Source: Candidatus Obscuribacteraceae bacterium
Lineage (GTDB): Bacteria; Cyanobacteriota; Vampirovibrionia; Obscuribacterales; Obscuribacteraceae
DNA length: 64,000 nucleotides
Assembly: GCA_044226015.1 (NCBI GenBank)
Contig: JBGAHS010000007.1
Location: 416,001-480,000 of the forward strand
Direction: 5' to 3'
Positions within the stretch are counted from its first letter, which is position 1, and each line of letters begins with the position of its first letter. Both the position numbers and the translations under genes were made by a program. This document shows positions 57,895 through 64,000 of this stretch, piece by piece. The notes beneath the pieces are model-generated. The model did no database searches and was not told the origin of the DNA. It saw only the letters and a program-made list of their open reading frames with translations.

Positions 57895-60708
57895 ATGTTA
57901 AATCAACAGAAACGAAGTGCCCGCAAGGGGCTTAGCTTCGGCTCGCTCGAGCATGCGAATCTCAAAAGATATATAGAATCAGTTGAATTAAAAGTAGCGT
58001 CCGACAATCAAGTTGAGGAGCCGCTGTCGGCTCCGTTGCCAGCACAGTCGTCAGCTCCGTCGTCGGCTCCGTTGCCAGCTCCGTCGTCGGCTCCGTTGCC
58101 AGCTCCGTCGTCGGCTCCGTTGCCAGCACAGTCGTCAGCTCTGTCGCCAGGGCAGTCGCCAGGAGCGCAGTCCGTACCAATTTCGGCACCACAAGCCGCA
58201 CCCGAGAACTGTCACGTCTTTGCGCCTGTTGCGCCCCTGGAGAGGGCCGGGAGGCATTCGCAAGCCGATGATTCTGACGCTTCCTCAAGAACTCGTCAGT
58301 CCATCGGACCTAAACCGACTGGCAGAACCGAGTTTGGGAATTACAAATTGATTTGGGAGCACTCTCGGGATGCGTTGAGCACCTCCTATGTTGCTCAACG
58401 AGACGGCATAGACGGAACATTCTTGATTCGTATTTATAACGCTCGTTCGGTAAATGCTATTCAACTGAGGATGATTCAGCAAGCTGCAAAGCAATCATCG
58501 AGTCTGACCCACCCTAACCATATTACAGTTTACGAGAATGGTGTATCGGAAGACGGTGAACCATACGTGGTGACAGATTACGTTGAAGGCGAGAGTCTTG
58601 CACAACTGTTTCCTGTTGTTAAACGCTTGAATATCGCACGGTTTCTCCATATCTTTAATCAAGTCTGCGATGTTTTGCAAGAGGCGCATTCACATCAATT
58701 GATCCACGCAAATTTATGCCCATCGAAAATTCTTCTTGCCAGTGAACAGCTTGACGAAGACATTGTGAAGGTCGTGGATTTTGGCTTGCCACCAGACCCA
58801 GTGCAAAACGCGTTTTACTTGAGCCCTGAGCAAGCACTAGATCGTGCCAAAATTGACGCGCGAACTGATATTTATTCTTTGGGCTGCATCATGTATGAGG
58901 CGCTCTGCGGTAGCCCTCCCTTCGTGGGTAGTAAGGTGAGCAGCGCATCCTTGAATTATTTACATGAGCTTGCGAATCAATATAGCCCTGATGCACCTGA
59001 GCATAATGCACTTAAGTTGCTCGATTGTATTATCGTTAAATGCTTGCAGAAGAAGCCTTCAAAGCGGTTTCGAAACATTCACGAACTGACAGATGCACTG
59101 CGTTTCGTCAACGATTGCATTTGCGGTGATAGTCGCAAAAAGCTTCCCCGTAAGGCCGAGAAACTGTTGCTGTTTCGCTTCCTTGATTACTTTGATCGGA
59201 AGATCTTTGTTTGTTTATTTGCCTATCTTTTACTTGGGCTTTGTTCTGTAAAATTCATCAGTGAATTGCAGCTGCAGAAAGAAATTGATTTAGCTCAGCT
59301 AGCCTCAATTAATGGTGATGCAGAGAGCGCGTGCGATCATTGGAACAAAGCGATATGGCAAGCTACAGTTTCTAGCAAGCCAGCTGGACTTCTGGCTGAT
59401 ATGCAGTGGGAGCTTGCTAATTCCAAGCAACGCCTTTGTTGGAAATGGAAGCTTGATGCAAAACAGAGGAATAGTGCAAGCCAGAATGCCCTTGCAAAAG
59501 AAGCTATCGGCAATTATGAACAGGCGCTGCGGTATTTTCGACATGGTGATAATTCGCGTTCGAGTGCCATACTTTTGCTGAACAATATTGCCGGTCTTTG
59601 GAATTTCATTTCTGTCAATGATCACGACGAAACACCTGCACAAAGGCGTGATGCCGCTAAGGTTGCTCTGGAAAGAGTGCGGACGCTCTATAACAAGAAG
59701 CAATACAAAGAGTGTACTGATGCTGTAAGGCAATACATGCTTGAGCACAAGCTCTACGGCAGTTTTCGTTATGATAATTTTTCGGATTTAGCTGATAACA
59801 AACGCATCGCATATTATGCGGCATGCGCATTCAATGAGCTGGGACGCTTTCAAGATCCCGCCCAGGGAATTAGAGAATTCGAAAAGGCGTATTTATACTT
59901 TAGGTTATCTGGGCATGAAGACCGCGGGCTTATCAATCTAAAGACATGTTATTCGAAGCTCGGCGCTGACATGGGAGAAGCGTACAGTAATCTCTATGCG
60001 CATCGTGCAATTCAGCATGGCGACTGGGAGGCAGCTTTAGGCGAAGTCGCTCGATTACCTTTCCGCCAGTTTAACTTCGACGAGAATATCAAACTGGCAT
60101 TCGAAGAACTCGATGCTGCTCGCCAGGAAGTGTTGGTAGCCTCGCCAAAGGAAATAACTCCGCTCCTGGAAGCTTTGAGCATCGAGGAAAAGGCGTATGG
60201 GTCGCATTCAGAGCACTTATGTTCAACACTTTCACAACTCGCTCGCTGCTTTAATCACGCCGGTGATACAGTCACTGCGAAGCGTTACTACGAACGCCTA
60301 TTCGAGAATGTACCGAACCTCGCGAGCTATTCTAGTGCAGGTATTGGCGTACACCCTGGAGAATCTAATAACCAATTCTCCTCCGATTTATTGGAGTACG
60401 TCCGCCTCCTGAGCAACGACGGCGAGAAGAAAAAGGCACTAGCCTTACTTGAAAAGTTCCATTTAGATCAATTTGATATCCAGCAGAACCGTGCATACTG
60501 CCAGGGAAACAATGCAACCTTTCTTACGCTAATCAAACTCTATCAAGACTTGCACATGACTGAACAAGTAAAAAAGAGCACTGAATTATTCGTGGGTGAA
60601 GAGCCGACAATCGCGACTGGCGAGGGGAATGAGTCTGCTGATGAGAATGTCTCATCTGCTGGCAATTTGTATTATCCTCGTGGAAATGACGAGTTTGAGA
60701 GTAACTGA
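57895..60708 (+). CDS. Membrane pseudokinase (Ser/Thr kinase fold) with Pro/Ser/Ala linker and TPR-like C-terminus
   Basis: LTHPN, DFG, YLSPEQ and DIYSLGCIMYE retained. Gly loop, VAIK Lys and HRD replaced. TM IFVCLFAYLLLGLC. Start chosen at ATG 57895. Confidence 0.85.
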   Translation: MLNQQKRSARKGLSFGSLEHANLKRYIESVELKVASDNQVEEPLSAPLPAQSSAPSSAPLPAPSSAPLPAPSSAPLPAQSSALSPGQSPGAQSVPISAPQAAPENCHVFAPVAPLERAGRHSQADDSDASSRTRQSIGPKPTGRTEFGNYKLIWEHSRDALSTSYVAQRDGIDGTFLIRIYNARSVNAIQLRMIQQAAKQSSSLTHPNHITVYENGVSEDGEPYVVTDYVEGESLAQLFPVVKRLNIARFLHIFNQVCDVLQEAHSHQLIHANLCPSKILLASEQLDEDIVKVVDFGLPPDPVQNAFYLSPEQALDRAKIDARTDIYSLGCIMYEALCGSPPFVGSKVSSASLNYLHELANQYSPDAPEHNALKLLDCIIVKCLQKKPSKRFRNIHELTDALRFVNDCICGDSRKKLPRKAEKLLLFRFLDYFDRKIFVCLFAYLLLGLCSVKFISELQLQKEIDLAQLASINGDAESACDHWNKAIWQATVSSKPAGLLADMQWELANSKQRLCWKWKLDAKQRNSASQNALAKEAIGNYEQALRYFRHGDNSRSSAILLLNNIAGLWNFISVNDHDETPAQRRDAAKVALERVRTLYNKKQYKECTDAVRQYMLEHKLYGSFRYDNFSDLADNKRIAYYAACAFNELGRFQDPAQGIREFEKAYLYFRLSGHEDRGLINLKTCYSKLGADMGEAYSNLYAHRAIQHGDWEAALGEVARLPFRQFNFDENIKLAFEELDAARQEVLVASPKEITPLLEALSIEEKAYGSHSEHLCSTLSQLARCFNHAGDTVTAKRYYERLFENVPNLASYSSAGIGVHPGESNNQFSSDLLEYVRLLSNDGEKKKALALLEKFHLDQFDIQQNRAYCQGNNATFLTLIKLYQDLHMTEQVKKSTELFVGEEPTIATGEGNESADENVSSAGNLYYPRGNDEFESN
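58021..58165 (+). repeat. In-frame 12/24-bp coding tandem repeat (PSSAPLPA / QSSA units)
   Basis: ccgtcgtcggctccgttgccagc repeated near-perfectly three times plus degenerate flanks. Confidence 0.88.
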
Positions 60709-60710
60709 TC

Positions 60711-62804
60711 TTATTTTCCTTGAGGGTATTTTCCCAAGAGTTTTTGTACTTGCGTTGCATCAAGCTCCGGGTTTGCCTTGAGCATTTGCCCAATAGCGTG
60801 TGTTATTTCTGGCGTCCTGAATGACACGGGGCCATTTCCCGGTAGGAGGACGTCTGGCTTTGCTCCCAGAGTGGTTTGTGAGGGCGAGTAGCTCATATCT
60901 TTGATGCCGACAGAAACAACGTGCGGGAAAACGGCTGGTTCAGAAATCAGCTCAGGGTTGATGTGATTCTTGAAGGTCGCGTTTCCTTCCTGCACGAAAA
61001 AATCAAAACTAAGTGGTCTCGGGTCGGCGCCCGTGCGCTGCAACACGAAGCGTGTGTCTGGGTTGTCTATCCAGCTTCGGAATGTTACCTGTTGCCGGTT
61101 ATTCCAGAAATTTGGCTCAAGCTGCTTGCCATCGACTGCGTGAATAAGCCTTCGTCCTTCATACACACTAAGGCTCCAGTCCCTGGGCGCATTCTTACCC
61201 ATCCAAAGATTGAATGCTGCTTCACCATTTTGACTTATGCTTACTTCCCCACTCTTTCCTGCTTCAACTACTCCTGATGCATGGCGGGCTACTCCTGTGC
61301 CAGGACCTGTAGCTGCAACAAGAACATGACCTTGTTTGCCGGCTCCAACTGCATGGCTGAGTTGAAAACTCTCCCATCCTGTTCCATCCATGGCGTGCGT
61401 AAATTCACCGAAACTGCAGTTCCCGACTGAAGGAAGCTTGTGTTGTTTTGCCAGGGCAACAGCTTCAAGGTAAGCTTCAGTCCAACCTGGCTTTGCGATT
61501 TGTCCATTCTCAAAGCGTGTTTGAGCAAGATTATTAGCACCATCGTAGGCCTTGATCAGCATGAACTTCGCTTGCGGGTCTGCTTCTCTTAGTTTGGAGA
61601 GAACAATGCTTCCGTGGTTTAGCGGATCATTGAATACGCCCTCTCCGGTCGGATCCCACGTACCTAAAATGTTGTGTTTTGCAGGTAAAGACTCGGGAGA
61701 AAAGCCGCTGTCCACAACGATGTATACTACATCTCCCTTGCGATCCGCTGGCTCTGCTACATTCGCTTTCGCTGTAGGATTGTCGGCTCTGACTAAATTC
61801 ACCGGGGCACTGCGCTGGGCCAGTAGCCCTTTTGTTGGAATGTCTGGATTTACTGCATCTGCTGCTTCTGCTTCTGCTCTGCGAACTTCCATTGAAGTGA
61901 TTGGTTCTGGATGTGCTGTTCTTGCAGGAGTGCCGGTATCGCGTGCGGTGGCACCCATGTCCTGTTTGGGTTCAGTCTGTGTGGTAGCAGTATTATTCTG
62001 CTTTTGCTCGAGCCGCGCGGGAATTTTCTCTGCTGAGTTGCCTGCGGTCGTATTTTTTACTTCCTGCTGCGGATTACGCGCTTCTGCGTTCTTTGTTTGA
62101 GAAGCCGAGGGTAGGCGATCTTGAACCAACCCCATGCTGAAGTTAAGTGATGCGCCGGAAATTCCGCTTTGCATAAGCATGTCCGTTCGGGCGTGCTTAT
62201 GTTGCGAGATGAGGCTTGCAAGTTCAACTTGTGTGACACCACCTGCAAAACCAGTACCAAGCCTCAATACTGATCGTGTAGCAAAAGATTGTTTGAACTG
62301 TGGAAGCTTAGCCAGGCTATTTCCACTTTCGAAAACGGCAAAAGCCGCTACTGTTCCGACGGCATTGCCCAGCCTTGTCTCGCCCTCATTTGGACGTTTC
62401 AGAGCTGCGTAGGCGCCAGCCCCGCTCAGCATGGCTGTTTTCTCGCTATTTAGAATGGCTGCGCTTGTTCCTCTCAGTTCAAAGCGACTTGCAGTACCCT
62501 TGAGAGCACACCCTGCCAACTTCCCACTTATAAGGAAGGGCAGCATGCTTCCTGCGCCACTGGCGGCTGATTCAACAAACCAGTCTGTTGTATAGGGTTG
62601 AGCCTTCTTTGTTGCAAGGGCTTTGATTTCGCAGCGGTTGCTACGCCCAGAAGCATCAGATATCGCATTGCTGACCGTGTTGCAGGGCTCTATCAGCGCT
62701 GCATTCAATAGCGGGTGAATGACAGTGTCTTTGACCCAGTCATAGGCTGCAGGTGCAGCATTCTTGTTTGTTTCAATTAATTCAGAGCGTGAAAGTTCAG
62801 GCAA
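60711..62804 (-). CDS. Multidomain protein: Gly/Ala-rich hydrophobic N-region, low-complexity linker, divergent subtilisin-like (S8) C-domain
   Basis: YIVVDSG (Asp), NHGSIV (His), VVSVG, KPDV, GPVSFRTP (Ser equivalent of GTSMATP), NPELDATQVQKLL. Confidence 0.7.
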   Translation of the reverse strand: MPELSRSELIETNKNAAPAAYDWVKDTVIHPLLNAALIEPCNTVSNAISDASGRSNRCEIKALATKKAQPYTTDWFVESAASGAGSMLPFLISGKLAGCALKGTASRFELRGTSAAILNSEKTAMLSGAGAYAALKRPNEGETRLGNAVGTVAAFAVFESGNSLAKLPQFKQSFATRSVLRLGTGFAGGVTQVELASLISQHKHARTDMLMQSGISGASLNFSMGLVQDRLPSASQTKNAEARNPQQEVKNTTAGNSAEKIPARLEQKQNNTATTQTEPKQDMGATARDTGTPARTAHPEPITSMEVRRAEAEAADAVNPDIPTKGLLAQRSAPVNLVRADNPTAKANVAEPADRKGDVVYIVVDSGFSPESLPAKHNILGTWDPTGEGVFNDPLNHGSIVLSKLREADPQAKFMLIKAYDGANNLAQTRFENGQIAKPGWTEAYLEAVALAKQHKLPSVGNCSFGEFTHAMDGTGWESFQLSHAVGAGKQGHVLVAATGPGTGVARHASGVVEAGKSGEVSISQNGEAAFNLWMGKNAPRDWSLSVYEGRRLIHAVDGKQLEPNFWNNRQQVTFRSWIDNPDTRFVLQRTGADPRPLSFDFFVQEGNATFKNHINPELISEPAVFPHVVSVGIKDMSYSPSQTTLGAKPDVLLPGNGPVSFRTPEITHAIGQMLKANPELDATQVQKLLGKYPQGK

Positions 62805-63105
62805 GGCGACCCAGAGCCTCTAATCAACAAATCCCTTTTTCAGAATACGAAGGGTGTCGAACTTGCAAAAGGGTGAAAGCACGCCTGCACAAGGTTTGCG
62901 AAGCTAGCGATCACTTTTAAGCATGTTAAATTGTGGATGAACACATTGTATCGAAAATGCTTGTACCGCCAAGGTTCCTAGGCTTTTTTGCATTTTGGAC
63001 TGTCTGCATGGGGAATTACACCATGGACCGAAGGACAGCTTACATCTATTTTATTTAAGCAGGGTTGGATTATTGCTTCTTTTATTTGTCCGAGGTTGTT
63101 TGCTG

Positions 63106-64000
63106 GTGAATCATCATGAAATTTTCTCTCCGCTACCGGCGGAGCATGCTCCTGCTGCGTCCGACGCGTTGCGTTCCGATTTTTTTCAGTCGGTAATTGA
63201 CAGAACACTCAAGTCTGGCGCTTCCGCTGCTCCGAGTGATGCAGCACCTATGGATGCACCATCTGCTCCAGGAGCTGTAGCCGCTCCGGTGGAGATGCCG
63301 GCTCCGGTACAAGCCGCTATCGAAAATGGCACACCAATTACATTCAGCAGCTCTGGGGAGAACCAGGCTGCAAACCGTCAACCTGATTATTTTATGACTC
63401 CTCAAGGGCAGCTTGTGAAAAATGAGCTGGCAACGCCGAGCCCCGATGGCAGCATCAATATTGAAATTCAAAGTCCGAAGCAAGACGACAATAAGAGCCT
63501 TCGAGATGCGATTACGCACCAAACTGATATGCAAAAGCAGGCGGCGAAGGAAATGATTCGCCTCTGGCAGAAGAACCATCCTGGGCAGGCGGTGCCGGGC
63601 TGGATGAACGACCTCGCGAATGCTAAACCCAATTTGCCAGATTTTGTTCCGACATCGACACAGAGTGCAAACCCGGCGCCAGCCCCAGAGAATGGTTTTG
63701 TAAATCGTGGTGTCTCAAATGGCATCGGTGGTTTTGCAAATAATGGTGGATTTGATGGAAATGGTATGTTCCGCGGCAACGGCAGCAACGGTGATGGTTC
63801 GCTGAACACTGGAGGAACTGACAGCCATGGCAAGCCGCTAGGTCCTGGTGAAACAGTTCAAGCAAAACAGATTTATGATTACATGACTCAGCAGCATGGT
63901 CTATCGCCTGCGGTTGCTTCGGGAATTTTGGGCAACATGATGACCGAGTCTAGTTTTAAGACAAACGCTTACAACGCTGGTGAAGGTGCTATCGGACTCT
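63106..64000 (+). CDS. Protein with Pro/Ala- and Gly/Asn-rich N-region and phage-tail-lysozyme domain (3' truncated, absent from ORF track)
   Basis: Hand translation from GTG 63106 (GAGG RBS) is open to the window end and ends QIYDYMTQQHGLSPAVASGILGNMMTESSFKTNAYNAGEGAIGL, matching the GILGN...ES...G..GL(xQW) lysozyme motif. Confidence 0.82.
   Translation, partial: MNHHEIFSPLPAEHAPAASDALRSDFFQSVIDRTLKSGASAAPSDAAPMDAPSAPGAVAAPVEMPAPVQAAIENGTPITFSSSGENQAANRQPDYFMTPQGQLVKNELATPSPDGSINIEIQSPKQDDNKSLRDAITHQTDMQKQAAKEMIRLWQKNHPGQAVPGWMNDLANAKPNLPDFVPTSTQSANPAPAPENGFVNRGVSNGIGGFANNGGFDGNGMFRGNGSNGDGSLNTGGTDSHGKPLGPGETVQAKQIYDYMTQQHGLSPAVASGILGNMMTESSFKTNAYNAGEGAIGL

Noticed and set aside
62978..63865. 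Minus-strand ORFs listed at the right end of the window
   Set aside because: They are shadows of the real + strand gene starting at 63106, which runs off the window
1..64000. tRNA, rRNA, transposase, integrase or prophage genes
   Set aside because: None was recognised. The lone lysozyme domain is not accompanied by phage structural genes

Overview
A 64 kb bacterial chromosomal segment of moderate GC. No rRNA, tRNA, CRISPR array or recognisable IS element was seen. The gene content suggests a non-photosynthetic cyanobacterial relative such as Vampirovibrionia/Obscuribacterales, based on giant secreted beta-helical proteins, eukaryotic-like Ser/Thr kinases with TM/TPR tails, a c6-like cytochrome and many lineage-type secreted hypotheticals. 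This taxonomic call is inference only. Housekeeping and stress genes include trhO, a 5'-3' exonuclease, a lactonase, CzcA/B-type RND efflux, mgtE, GH125, two USPs, a desaturase, otsA and a two-component pair. The most interesting items are: (1) an unannotated 57-aa peptide ending in CSGSCSGSCK, directly upstream of a stand-alone DUF1399/GRDP-like His-rich protein, which looks like a RiPP-type precursor/modifier pair; (2) a compact PaaA-like + PaaC-like diiron pair with a free-standing BoxA-type ferredoxin; (3) two divergent ~3000-aa paralogous surface proteins sharing an acidic C-terminal motif, with no partner transporter in view; (4) a non-coding 20-bp tandem array after mgtE; (5) a pseudokinase, a divergent subtilase and a phage-tail-lysozyme fusion (missed by the ORF track) at the right end. 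All family assignments come from motif recognition by eye, not database searches.
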